Shown here: positions 1-9,002 of the stretch, piece after piece
Position numbering within the stretch: position 1 is the first letter of the stretch
How the letters are laid out: every line of letters starts with the position of its first letter
Assembly: GCA_033762295.1 (NCBI GenBank)
Contig: JANRLW010000102.1
Location: 1-42,119 of the forward strand
Reading direction: 5' to 3'
DNA: 42,119 bases
From: Capsulimonadales bacterium
GTDB lineage: Bacteria > Armatimonadota > Armatimonadia > Armatimonadales > Armatimonadaceae
Notes under the pieces: model-generated
Told to the model about the DNA's origin: nothing
Database searches by the model: none
What the model saw: only the letters and a program-made list of their open reading frames with translations
Program-made: the position numbers and the translations under genes

Positions 1-2
1 AG

Positions 3-179
3 CGGACGAATATCTATCAGGGGTTGGTTCAGGAAATCGAAATCACGGAGAAGGGAGCCGGAGTACTGCGCCTCCGGTTAGACGCTATTTCCGCGTCCGC
101 ACCCTCTCACGTTCGAAATTCAGAGGGTGGGTACTCCCGAACAAGGATTCGAACCTCAGTCTTCAGAGCCAGAATCTGA
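3..179 (+). CDS. 3' end of a CDS entering from outside the window; resembles the C-terminal tail of a large serine recombinase and reads antisense into tRNA-Gln
   Basis: Hand translation from base 3 has no stop until TGA 177-179: RTNIYQGLVQEIEITEKGAGVLRLRLDAISASAPSHVRNSEGGYSRTRIRTSVFRARI*. LVQEIEI resembles the LI.RI.V tail of large serine recombinases. Confidence 0.5.
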   Translation, partial: RTNIYQGLVQEIEITEKGAGVLRLRLDAISASAPSHVRNSEGGYSRTRIRTSVFRARI

Positions 180-204
180 CGTGCTGCCGCTGCACCATTC
201 GGGA
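134..204 (-). tRNA. tRNA-Gln(CTG), CCA not encoded
   Basis: Reverse complement folds as a cloverleaf: acceptor TCCCGAA/TTCGGGA with discriminator G, D-stem GTGC/GCAC, anticodon arm TCAGA-TTCTGGC-TCTGA, T-loop TTCGAAT. Confidence 0.95.
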
Positions 205-232
205 AAGTTGCGTTCCGAAAGAACGCCCAATG

Positions 233-261
233 TATATATCACGACCGACCGCGACTGTCAA
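233..261 (-). promoter_or_regulatory. sigma70-type promoter for tRNA-Gln
   Basis: Minus strand reads TTGACA-17 nt-TATATA, with TG one base upstream of the -10. The -10 is imperfect. Confidence 0.55.
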
Positions 262-359
262 CGCCTGCCGTTCGCGTCCGGGACGTCCGAAACGGAAGGG
301 ATTCCTCCATCCCCCGTCGAACGGTGTCCCGGACACTTCCAACGAAGAGGAATGACACC

Positions 360-1124
360 ATGTCTCGAATACCGATCGCCGTTCAGCTGTACTCCGTTCG
401 TCACGATGCCGAGAAGGACCTCGCCGGCGTTCTCGCCCGGATCAAGGAGATGGGCTACGAAGGGGTCGAGTTCGCCGGCTATTATGGCCACGATGCCGCC
501 GCCCTTAAAAAGATGCTCGATGACAACGGCCTGCGCTGCGCCGGAGCGCACGTCGGACTCGATACCCTCCTCGGCGACCGCCTCGCCGAATCGGTGGAGT
601 TTCACCGAACCATCGGCAACCCGTACCTGATCGTTCCCGGTCTCGCCGAAAACCGCCGCTCATCCACCGACGTCTGGAGAGAAACCGCCACCCTGTTCAA
701 CGAAATCGCCGAAAAACTGCGCCCGGAAGGGATGCGGACCGGCTATCACAACCATAGCATCGAGTTCAAACCGTTCGTCGAAGGCGGCGAACTGCCCTGG
801 GATACCTTTTTCGGCAATACCTCCACCGATGTCATCATGCAGTTCGACACCGGCAACGCCCTTCATGGCGGCGGGGAAGCACTTCCCTTCCTGAAGAAGT
901 ATCCGGGCCGCGCCGTCACCGTGCATCTCAAGGACTACGACGTCGCCAACGACCGGTTCGACCCGCCCGTCGGTGAAGGTAGCGTGCCGTTTTCCGACAT
1001 CTTCGCCGAATGCGAGTCGTCCGGCGGTACCGAATGGTACATCGTCGAATACGAGGCCGACGCCTACCCGGCGATGGAAGGCATCGAACGCTGCCTGAAG
1101 AATCTGAAGGGAATGGGGAAATAG
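360..1124 (+). CDS. sugar phosphate isomerase/epimerase (xylose isomerase-like TIM barrel)
   Basis: VQLYSVR, GYEGVEFAG, GYHNH, FDTGN, HLKD and WYIVEYE motifs; GAGG RBS before ATG 360. Confidence 0.9.
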   Translation: MSRIPIAVQLYSVRHDAEKDLAGVLARIKEMGYEGVEFAGYYGHDAAALKKMLDDNGLRCAGAHVGLDTLLGDRLAESVEFHRTIGNPYLIVPGLAENRRSSTDVWRETATLFNEIAEKLRPEGMRTGYHNHSIEFKPFVEGGELPWDTFFGNTSTDVIMQFDTGNALHGGGEALPFLKKYPGRAVTVHLKDYDVANDRFDPPVGEGSVPFSDIFAECESSGGTEWYIVEYEADAYPAMEGIERCLKNLKGMGK

Positions 1125-1128
1125 GTTC

Positions 1129-1737
1129 GTGGCCCGTCCCCTCCTCGTGTCCGCCTTCGAACCGTTCGGAGGCAGCACGACCAACGCCTCCCTCGAAGTC
1201 CTCCGTCGCCTCTCGGAGACGGAGGACTTCGAAACGCTCGTCCTCCCGGTCGTTCGCCTTGAAGCGCAGAAGCCGGCTCTCGAACGCCTCGGTCGGTCAC
1301 CGCAACCCCGCCTCTATCTGGCTCTGGGAGAAGCCGGCCCCGACCCGGTGGTTCGTCTGGAGAAGGTCGCCGTCAACTGGGACGATTACGCGCTTCCCGA
1401 TAACGGCGGAAATCAGCCGCGCGATGAAGCCATCGTACCGGGCGGACCGGACGCCTATTTCGCGTCCATTCCTGTCGGGCCGATCGTACGTTCCCTCGAA
1501 GGACGGACCCCCCTCCCGGTCGTCGTCAGTCTGAGCGCCGGGTCCTTCCTCTGCAACCACCTCGCCTATGCCGTTTCGCACCACCTCGCGGCCAACCGCG
1601 TCTGTCCCTTCGCCTTCGTCCACCTGCCCGCCTGGCGGTCCCGGCGGGGCGGCATCTTCCTCGATACCATCACCGAAACGGTCCTTTCCCTGATTCGCGC
1701 CGCCGATCGGTTCACCAACCCACCTACCGAAGGATGA
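1129..1737 (+). CDS. pcp: pyroglutamyl-peptidase I (C15)
   Basis: LVSAFEPFGGSTTNAS, RLEKVAVN, SAGSFLCN (catalytic Cys), FVHLP. Confidence 0.92.
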   Translation: MARPLLVSAFEPFGGSTTNASLEVLRRLSETEDFETLVLPVVRLEAQKPALERLGRSPQPRLYLALGEAGPDPVVRLEKVAVNWDDYALPDNGGNQPRDEAIVPGGPDAYFASIPVGPIVRSLEGRTPLPVVVSLSAGSFLCNHLAYAVSHHLAANRVCPFAFVHLPAWRSRRGGIFLDTITETVLSLIRAADRFTNPPTEG

Positions 1738-2842
1738 TCGGCTCCTTGGTACTCCGGGTCAGCACCTCACAGCCCGCCTCGGTCACCAGAACGTTGTCTT
1801 CGATTCGAACGCCGCCGACGCCTTCCAGATAGATTCCCGGCTCCACGGTCAGCACCATGCCCGGTTCGAGCGTCACTTCGGACGTCGTTCCTAACGCCGG
1901 ATGGTCATGTACCAGACGACCGAGGCCATGACCGAGGCCATGGGCGAACGCCTCGCCGTACCCGGCTTCCGTCAGAAAATCCCGCGCCACCTTATCGATT
2001 TCCCTGCCCGCCATCCCCGGTCGGATCGCCGCCGTCGCGATTTCCAATGCCTGACGCACCAGTGAGTACATTTCGGCCTGCTGCTTCGTGGGTTCCCCGC
2101 CGACAAAAAAGGTCCGCGTGATATCCGAATTATAGCCATCGATCGTGCAGCCGTAGTCACACAGCACGAACTCCGTCCCGCCCGACGAACCGACGACCCG
2201 ATCCCCCGGCCGACCGTGGATTAATGCGCTGTTCGGACCGGAACCGATGATCGGATCGAAACCGAGTTTCGACGCGCCCCGTTCGCGGCGCAGGAACACC
2301 TCGATCTCCCAGGCGATGTCCCGTTCCGTCAAACCGGGCCGGATAAACGACCGCAAATGCTCGAAACAGTCGTCCGCAGCGGCAATGGCGCGGCGAATCG
2401 CCCCGATCTCCTCGTCGTCCTTCACCCGTCGCAAGGCCGCGAGCACATCGGTCCGGGGAATCAGTTCCGACACGCCGTCGAGTCCGCCCGTCAATCGCTG
2501 ATAGGACGTCAGGAACATCGAATCCGTTTCGATTCCGATCCGGCGAACGCCGAGTTCCTTCGCCTGACGAACGATCGCCTCCTCCATCCGGGTTCCGACC
2601 GCCGGAATGTAGTGACGAAACCCGGTGACCTCGGTCGACGCCTGGAGCGTATACCGTCCGTCCGTGATGAAAACGGCGTCGTCCGGGGTAATGAGAACGG
2701 CCGCATTACTGCCGGTAAATCCCGTCAGGTAACGCGCGTTCTCGATATTGGTTACCAGCATGGCGTCTACGGGATGTTCGGTCTCGGACAGAAGACGACG
2801 CAGGGTCGCCGTACGATGAGGAAATCGGAATTCCGAAAGCAT
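1724..2842 (-). CDS. Xaa-Pro aminopeptidase/dipeptidase (M24)
   Basis: YLTGFTGS, DGRY, GYNSDITRT, HGLGHGLG, TVEPGIY, GVRIEDNV; start placed at MLSEF, just after the aroQ stop. Confidence 0.93.
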   Translation of the reverse strand: MLSEFRFPHRTATLRRLLSETEHPVDAMLVTNIENARYLTGFTGSNAAVLITPDDAVFITDGRYTLQASTEVTGFRHYIPAVGTRMEEAIVRQAKELGVRRIGIETDSMFLTSYQRLTGGLDGVSELIPRTDVLAALRRVKDDEEIGAIRRAIAAADDCFEHLRSFIRPGLTERDIAWEIEVFLRRERGASKLGFDPIIGSGPNSALIHGRPGDRVVGSSGGTEFVLCDYGCTIDGYNSDITRTFFVGGEPTKQQAEMYSLVRQALEIATAAIRPGMAGREIDKVARDFLTEAGYGEAFAHGLGHGLGRLVHDHPALGTTSEVTLEPGMVLTVEPGIYLEGVGGVRIEDNVLVTEAGCEVLTRSTKEPIILR

Positions 2843-2844
2843 GG

Positions 2845-3312
2845 TTATTGACGACTCTCCAGCAAAATGGTTTTGAGCGCATCCAGAGCGAGCACGTAGG
2901 AGTTCGCTCCGAACCCGATGATCGTCCCGGCCACCACCGGTGAGACGACCGAGTGATGCCGCCACTCCTCGCGGGCATGGACATTGGAGATATGCACCTC
3001 GACCGTGGGGAGTCGCACGGCCCGCAAAGCGTCGGCGATCGCGTACGCATAGTGGGTGTACGCGCCGGGGTTGATGACAATGCCATCCGCCCAGTTCAGC
3101 GCGTCGTGAATGGCGTCGATCAGAACCCCTTCATGGTTGCTCTGCTGAATGCGAACCTGAACCCCGATCCGTTGAGCGTGATCCTCGATACGACGATTGA
3201 TCGCGTCGAACGAAATGACACCGTAAATATTCGGCTCACGCAGGCCGAGAAGATTCAGATTCGGACCGTGAAGCACGGCGAGTGTAAACGGGGATGATGG
3301 TGAGATCTGCAT
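2845..3312 (-). CDS. aroQ: type II 3-dehydroquinate dehydratase
   Basis: HGPNLNLLGLREPNIYG, QSNHEG, INPGAYTH, EVHISNVHARE. Confidence 0.97.
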   Translation of the reverse strand: MQISPSSPFTLAVLHGPNLNLLGLREPNIYGVISFDAINRRIEDHAQRIGVQVRIQQSNHEGVLIDAIHDALNWADGIVINPGAYTHYAYAIADALRAVRLPTVEVHISNVHAREEWRHHSVVSPVVAGTIIGFGANSYVLALDALKTILLESRQ

Positions 3313-3555
3313 TTACCGCGAAACCTCCTGCTCCTGCGCCGCCGGAGCGACCTCCCGTTCGCCAGGCGGGCGCAGGTCGGGAAAGCCGAACTCCGGATCG
3401 ACCGGAAAGCGATGCCCCTGTCCCTCGCAGACAAGGTATTGATCGTCCTCCGACAGGCGGAGCGGCGATCGATCCGCGCAGAGGGGACAACCGAGGAGCG
3501 CCAGAAATGCCGACGGCAACGGTTTTTCCGTCACAGGTTCTTCAGGCAGAGGCAT
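3313..3555 (-). CDS. Trm112-like small Zn-ribbon protein
   Basis: LLGCPLC...L...LVC...HRFPV...GFPDL pattern; its stop directly abuts the aroQ start. Confidence 0.75.
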   Translation of the reverse strand: MPLPEEPVTEKPLPSAFLALLGCPLCADRSPLRLSEDDQYLVCEGQGHRFPVDPEFGFPDLRPPGEREVAPAAQEQEVSR

Positions 3556-3599
3556 GACAACTTATTGTACCGGCCACCCGGCGTTTCCTCCCTGAAACC

Positions 3600-3633
3600 G
3601 AAACGGGGACGGCCAACCGGCCGTCCCCGTTTC
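3600..3633 (-). terminator. hairpin, likely intrinsic terminator of the 3650-5533 gene
   Basis: GAAACGGGGACGGCC-AACC-GGCCGTCCCCGTTTC, 15-bp stem just past the stop at 3650. Confidence 0.7.
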
Positions 3634-3649
3634 TCCGATGGTTGCGAGG

Positions 3650-5533
3650 CTACCAGTCGCCGCCACCGCCGAAATCGCCACCGCCGAAGTCGCCGCCGCC
3701 GACGTCAAAACCGCCGGCGTCGAACCCGGACGGATCCATACTCCCCGAATCGAAACCACCCGCCTGTTCGTTGTAGTTCGAACCGAAGAAGTCCATTCCG
3801 CCCACATGGTCGGGAGCCGGCATTCCGAACCCGTCGCCGACGCCTCCGACCGGCGTCGTACCCCAGCCACCCCAGGTCGCCGGGGGCGCCGCCATTCCCC
3901 ATCCGTATCCGTGGTAACCCCAGGGCGCATAACCACCGTACAGTCCCGGTCCCAGCAACGCGGACAGCGTCAGAACGTTAATCAGCGTCCCGGTCGCCAG
4001 GAGACCCGCCGTGCCCCCGTAATAATCCCGGTAGGGATCGTACGACCGATGCTCGTACCACGGCACCGTCCGCCCGTTTTCATCCCGGAACGCCAGCACC
4101 GAGGGGGTTTCCCCACGCCGGATCTGTTCGGCCTCCTCGCGGGTCGCCATCACGGTCCGCGTTTGCCCGTCGATGACGATACGGACCGGCACCAGTTCGT
4201 CCGAGGGCATCGGCCGTCCCGAGAAGAAGGAAACGCCCCGCGCCTCCGGCGGAAGGGCTTCCAGGTCGGCCTGCAAACGTCGGCGTTCCGCTTCCGAACG
4301 AATCTCCTCGACCCGCCGGAACCGTTCCGCACGGGAACGGTCGCTGTCGAGCGACGGTGTTTCCGGCAACCCCATCGCGACCCCCGTTCCCCCGGTCGCC
4401 CGGTCGATCGCCTTCCGGCAATCGATCAGCATCGCCAGCGAATCGTCCAGAAGCGGACCCGCGCCATCCAGATCGGTCGCCGTTTTCGCCGTCTGCAGCA
4501 GACCCGTCGCGGTGGAGTATTTCTCATAAGCCGCCGCCCGCAGTCGTTTTGCCTCCTCGCCGTCCGCACCCGCCGGAAGCAGGTCCAGATACCCATCGAC
4601 ATACGCCAGGTTTTTCAATACCTCCTGGCGTCGTTCCTCGAGCGGTTCCCGCGCTCGATCGGTCTCGCCCTTGTTTTTCCAATACCGGTATCCGACGAAT
4701 CCGCCAATTCCCGCGAGCGCCAGGAAAAGCAAACCCGCGCCACGCCCGGTATCGGCTCGCCGGTCCGAAACCGCCTCACCGGCGACCGACCGGATGGCTG
4801 ACGCGGTCGCCTCGGTCAATCCGCCGCGTGCAAAAGCCGCATCGACGCCCGCACGCCGGAACGCGGTCTCCAGTTGCCCGTTCGACAGACGGGCGCTGCT
4901 TCCACTGATCCCGCGCGGAGTCGCGACGATCACCACCGCATCCTCGCTCAGATTCAGTCGCCGCCGAAGATCGGCCGCCAGCGCCTCTCTTGACGGATAC
5001 CCGCCGAGCGCTCCGACCACCGCCACTTTCGCAACGGTCGGCTGAACGGCCCGGACCGCCTCCTCCAGGGCCGCGGAATCGACATCCGAACGCAGGCTCG
5101 GAGCGACATACACGTTCCCTTCGGTGAGCGCCGCCAGCAGCGCCGTCGGTTCCTCGCGCGGCTTAATCAGCACATTGGCCGTCGCGCTTTGCGGAGGGTT
5201 GCCTCCCAGCGCGATATAGGCCCGGATAAAGCCCTGTTTATCCCGAATCGAGTTCAATCGGGGATCGAGCCGGATCACCTCGTCGTAGGCCTTTTTCGTC
5301 GCCTCGGTATTTCCCAACCGGCGATGCGTTTTCCCCAGAGCGGCGAAAACTCGCGGATCGTTCGGCGTCTCCTCCCGCGCTTTCTCCAGGAGCGTCAACG
5401 CGCCACGGTAGTCTCGCTGCCGGTAAAGAGCCTCCGCATCCTCCAGGGGACCTGCCCAGGAACAGGTGACCAGGAACAGCGTCGCCGCCAGACCGCCTGC
5501 CCACCTGACCCATTTTCGATTTTTCTGATTCAT
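3650..5533 (-). CDS. membrane protein: signal peptide, TPR, TPM-like domain, TM helix, cytoplasmic domain and Gly/Asp/Phe-rich tail
   Basis: Hydrophobic N-terminus ending SWA, TPR helices (AEALYRQRDY...VFAALGKTHRRLG), TM GAGLLFLALAGIGGFVGY, tail GGFDVGGGDFGGGDFGGGGDW. Confidence 0.75.
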   Translation of the reverse strand: MNQKNRKWVRWAGGLAATLFLVTCSWAGPLEDAEALYRQRDYRGALTLLEKAREETPNDPRVFAALGKTHRRLGNTEATKKAYDEVIRLDPRLNSIRDKQGFIRAYIALGGNPPQSATANVLIKPREEPTALLAALTEGNVYVAPSLRSDVDSAALEEAVRAVQPTVAKVAVVGALGGYPSREALAADLRRRLNLSEDAVVIVATPRGISGSSARLSNGQLETAFRRAGVDAAFARGGLTEATASAIRSVAGEAVSDRRADTGRGAGLLFLALAGIGGFVGYRYWKNKGETDRAREPLEERRQEVLKNLAYVDGYLDLLPAGADGEEAKRLRAAAYEKYSTATGLLQTAKTATDLDGAGPLLDDSLAMLIDCRKAIDRATGGTGVAMGLPETPSLDSDRSRAERFRRVEEIRSEAERRRLQADLEALPPEARGVSFFSGRPMPSDELVPVRIVIDGQTRTVMATREEAEQIRRGETPSVLAFRDENGRTVPWYEHRSYDPYRDYYGGTAGLLATGTLINVLTLSALLGPGLYGGYAPWGYHGYGWGMAAPPATWGGWGTTPVGGVGDGFGMPAPDHVGGMDFFGSNYNEQAGGFDSGSMDPSGFDAGGFDVGGGDFGGGDFGGGGDW

Positions 5534-5614
5534 TCGTCTCTCGTTTCCTGCCTTGCCCGAATCGGCCATCCGCCACGGCGTCGGCAATTCTTTTCCGGTA
5601 TACTTACAATACCA

Positions 5615-6631
5615 ATGCGATCCCTTCAGAGTTTCCCATGGGTGCGAACCGCCCTCTTCTGCCTTCTCGCCGTTCCGATGGTCACCGGTCTCCGCATGGC
5701 CGACTTGGTCGCCGACGAACCGAAGGCGGGGACGATCGCCCCCGTTGCCGGCCCGATCACACGCGGCGGAGTCACGTACGTTTCCGACACGCGGGTTAAC
5801 GCCACGGTTACCCCCCGTTTCGATCCGAAATCGCCCCCGCCTCAGGCGCTGACCTACGGCGTCCGCTACGAAAGCGTGAACGGCGAAACGGTCACCGGTG
5901 ATCTGGTACTACCGACCGCCGTCACCCGCAACGGGAAAAAGGCGCCCACCATCCTCCTGCTGCACGGACTGGGCGGAAAAAAAGAGGATGTCTCCCTGCT
6001 CGGGATTGCCCTGGCCAATCGCGGCTACGTCTCCTTCGCCATCGACATCGCCGGGCATGGGGCGCGTCGAAAGCCCGCCGCCAAACCCCTGGCAGACCTC
6101 GATCCGGAGGAGACCCGCACACTGATCGGGCAGACTCTCGCCGACCTGCATCGGGCGATCGACTTTCTTTCCCGTCGCTCCGAAGTGGACACCGACCGCC
6201 TCGGTTTCGTCGGATGCTCGCTCGGCGGCATCGTCGGCGGCGTTTTTCTGGGGGACGAACCCCGGATTCGAAGCGCCGTCCTCTGGTCGGCCGGCGGCGA
6301 CTGGGCGCGATTGATGACCTCGAGTTCGCACCCCTTCGCACGGAAATATCGAACGCCGGGGACGGATCGTGAACGGATCGCCGGAACCATGGCCGATGTC
6401 GAACCGCTCACCTGCATCAGGCGGTTTCGCGGGCCGACCCTGCATCTTTACGGCAAAACCGACACCGTCGTTCCTGTCGCCTGTATCGAGGAATTGTTCG
6501 CGGCGACACCGAATCCGAAGAAGAAGGTCGTCTATCCCGGAGGACATATCCCCGATCCGCTTTCCATGATCGGTGAAACCGTGAAATGGTTCGATTCCTC
6601 CCTGAAAGCGGTGACCGGAACCGGGGCCTGA
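5615..6631 (+). CDS. secreted alpha/beta hydrolase (esterase/peptidase S9-like)
   Basis: Signal-like N-terminus, LLHGLGG, IDIAGHG, nucleophile elbow GCSLGG, D-TVVP, GGH. Confidence 0.88.
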   Translation: MRSLQSFPWVRTALFCLLAVPMVTGLRMADLVADEPKAGTIAPVAGPITRGGVTYVSDTRVNATVTPRFDPKSPPPQALTYGVRYESVNGETVTGDLVLPTAVTRNGKKAPTILLLHGLGGKKEDVSLLGIALANRGYVSFAIDIAGHGARRKPAAKPLADLDPEETRTLIGQTLADLHRAIDFLSRRSEVDTDRLGFVGCSLGGIVGGVFLGDEPRIRSAVLWSAGGDWARLMTSSSHPFARKYRTPGTDRERIAGTMADVEPLTCIRRFRGPTLHLYGKTDTVVPVACIEELFAATPNPKKKVVYPGGHIPDPLSMIGETVKWFDSSLKAVTGTGA

Positions 6632-6662
6632 CGCCACGGTCCGGCAGCAAAGGAGCGGCAAC

Positions 6663-8105
6663 ATGGGACGAAAAATCGCAATGATCGGCGCGGGCAGCGT
6701 CGTCTTCTGCAAAACCCTGATGAGCGATATTCTGGCGACCCCCGCCCTCGCCGACAGCGAGTTCGCGCTGATGAGCCCGACCGAGAGTAAACTGCGGCGC
6801 ATGGAAGCGTTCGGTCAGCGCATGATCCGTGACAACGGTCTTCCGGGCGCCGTCTGGGCGACCACCGACCGACGGGAAGCGATCCGCGATGCCGACTTCG
6901 TCGTGGTCATGATCCAGGTCGGCGGGTTCGATGCCTACGGCGTCGATTACGAAATCCCGCTCCGATACGGCGTCGATCAGTGCATCGGCGATACCCTGGG
7001 ACCGGGCGGACTCTTCCGGGGTCAACGCCATATTCCCGTCCTCGTCGATATCGCCCGCGATATGCAAACCCTCGCCCGGCCCGGGGCCGTCATGCTCCAG
7101 TACGCCAACCCGATGGCCGCCAACTGCCTCGCGCTCGGTCGGGTCTCGCCGGTCTCCTTCGTCGGCCTCTGTCATGGCGTCCAAACCACCCTCGACCTGA
7201 TCGCCGGTTATTGCGAGGTGCCCAAGGACGAAATTACTTTTGTCTGCGGCGGCATCAATCACATGGACTGGTTCCTCAAACTCGAACACCGGGGTCGCGA
7301 CCTCTATCCCGAACTGCGCGAACTGTTCGAACGTCCGGAATACTACAAGAACGAAAAGGTCCGGGGCGAAGTCTTCCGCCATTTCGGCTACTTCATGACC
7401 GAGTCGACCGGTCACCTTTCCGAATACGTTCCCTGGTTCCGCAAAAGCCGGGCCGCCCTCGATCTCTATTGTGACGAACCCGCCTTCGGCGGCGAATCCG
7501 GCGCGTACTATAAATGGGGCAAGGCGATGGCTGAAAAATACGCGCAGGTCGATCCGCTTCAGTTCGAAACCACCGCAATCACCGATCGAAGCGTGGAATA
7601 CTGCTCCTATATCCTCGAGGCGATCGTGACCGGCGTCCCGTTCCGTTTCATGGGCAATGTCCGCAACGACGGCTACATTCCCAACCTGCCGGCCGGCTGC
7701 TGCGTCGAGGTGCCGACCTTTGCCGACGACACCGGCATTCACCCGACGGTCGTCGGAAACCTGCCCCCGCAATGTGCGGCGCTGTGCCAGTCGAATATCC
7801 AGGTACAGACCCTCTGCGCCGACGCCGCCCTGTCCGGCGACCCGGAGCATCTCGTCCATGCGCTGGCCCTCGATCCCCTGACGGCGGCGGTTCTCACCTT
7901 GAAAGAGATACGGGAGATGACCGCCGAAATGCTGGAGGCGCTTCGCCCCTATCTGCCACAGTTCGAGGGCAAATCGATACGGCCCACCCCCACGGTCTTT
8001 ATTCCCAAAGATTGCGTTCCGGTGAACGTCCCGCTCGATCCCGCCCTCGCCATTACTCACCGATTCGGGCAACTGGTCGAACGGAAAACGGACATTACCG
8101 GGTAG
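6663..8105 (+). CDS. melA: GH4 NAD+-dependent alpha-galactosidase/alpha-glucosidase
   Basis: KIAMIGAGSVVF, IGDTLGPGGLFR, YANPMA, GLCHGVQ, GINHM, TESTGHLSEYVPWF. Confidence 0.9.
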   Translation: MGRKIAMIGAGSVVFCKTLMSDILATPALADSEFALMSPTESKLRRMEAFGQRMIRDNGLPGAVWATTDRREAIRDADFVVVMIQVGGFDAYGVDYEIPLRYGVDQCIGDTLGPGGLFRGQRHIPVLVDIARDMQTLARPGAVMLQYANPMAANCLALGRVSPVSFVGLCHGVQTTLDLIAGYCEVPKDEITFVCGGINHMDWFLKLEHRGRDLYPELRELFERPEYYKNEKVRGEVFRHFGYFMTESTGHLSEYVPWFRKSRAALDLYCDEPAFGGESGAYYKWGKAMAEKYAQVDPLQFETTAITDRSVEYCSYILEAIVTGVPFRFMGNVRNDGYIPNLPAGCCVEVPTFADDTGIHPTVVGNLPPQCAALCQSNIQVQTLCADAALSGDPEHLVHALALDPLTAAVLTLKEIREMTAEMLEALRPYLPQFEGKSIRPTPTVFIPKDCVPVNVPLDPALAITHRFGQLVERKTDITG

Positions 8106-8110
8106 ATTCA

Positions 8111-8947
8111 ATGGATTCGATGGGTTCGGCCGATGATTCGGAACCGATCTTTGCCCCCGATGCCTTCGCAGGAACGGCGACCTACTATGCCCGCTACCGG
8201 GTGCCCTATCCGCGCCCCCTGGTACAGGACCTCGTTCGACGGGCAGGCATCACCGGGAACGGAAGCCTCCTCGATCTGGCGTGCGGTCCCGGTCGTGTCG
8301 CACTTGCTCTGGCGGAACACTTTCGGGAGATCCTGGCCATCGACCTTGAACCGGAAATGGTAGCGGTCGGCAAGGAGGAGGCGGTCCGACAGGGTATCCG
8401 TCATGTCCGATGGCAGGTCGGAAAAGCGGAGGAACTGAACTCGTCCCCTGCCCGGTTCGAACTGGTCACCATCGGGGAGGCATTCCATCGTCTCGACCGG
8501 AAGTTGGTGGCGGAGAAAACGCTCCTCTGGCTGCAGCCGGGGTGTTGCGTGAGCGTGATGGGGGCTCGCAGTCGCGCCAGCGACTGGGAACCATGGCAGC
8601 ATATCGTCGCCAACCTTACCCGAAAACGGATAGGCCGCGCGGTCTCCACGGGCGGGGTTTCCCCTTTACCGGTGCCGGGCGGAGAGACCGAGGAGGTCGA
8701 GCGGACTCTGCGGCAATCAGGCTTCGAGGCGGTCGAAAGCTATACCTTCGCCGAACCGTATAACTGGACGGTCGAAACCATCCTGGGAAACCTCTTTTCC
8801 CTCTCCGTCTGTTCCCGGCGCGTTCTGGGCCGAGATGCCGACGACTTTGCGGAGGAACTGACGGCGGCGTTAATGGCCTACGATCCCGCCGGGCAGTACC
8901 ATGAGACCGTGCATTTCGGCTATACCCTCGGCAGAAAACCGGCTTGA
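8111..8947 (+). CDS. class I SAM-dependent methyltransferase
   Basis: FAGTATYYARYRVPYP, LLDLACGPG, IDLEPEM, AFHRLDR. Confidence 0.88.
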   Translation: MDSMGSADDSEPIFAPDAFAGTATYYARYRVPYPRPLVQDLVRRAGITGNGSLLDLACGPGRVALALAEHFREILAIDLEPEMVAVGKEEAVRQGIRHVRWQVGKAEELNSSPARFELVTIGEAFHRLDRKLVAEKTLLWLQPGCCVSVMGARSRASDWEPWQHIVANLTRKRIGRAVSTGGVSPLPVPGGETEEVERTLRQSGFEAVESYTFAEPYNWTVETILGNLFSLSVCSRRVLGRDADDFAEELTAALMAYDPAGQYHETVHFGYTLGRKPA

Positions 8948-8948
8948 C

Positions 8949-8975
8949 GGGAAGGTGGGGCAACCCCACCTTCCC
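8949..8975. terminator. hairpin between convergent genes
   Basis: GGGAAGGTGGGG-CAA-CCCCACCTTCCC, 12-bp stem two bases after the methyltransferase stop. Confidence 0.65.
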
Positions 8976-9002
8976 ATCTTGCACCCTCGAATGGTCAGTG
9001 TG

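Noticed and set aside
127..630. 167-aa ORF beginning MGTPEQGFEPQSSEPESDVLPLHH
   Set aside because: It is the antisense translation of tRNA-Gln plus an off-frame read of the isomerase gene.
5189..5614. N-terminal extension of the 480-aa hydrolase ORF
   Set aside because: It overlaps the opposite-strand TPR gene; the signal-peptide-like start at 5615 fits better.
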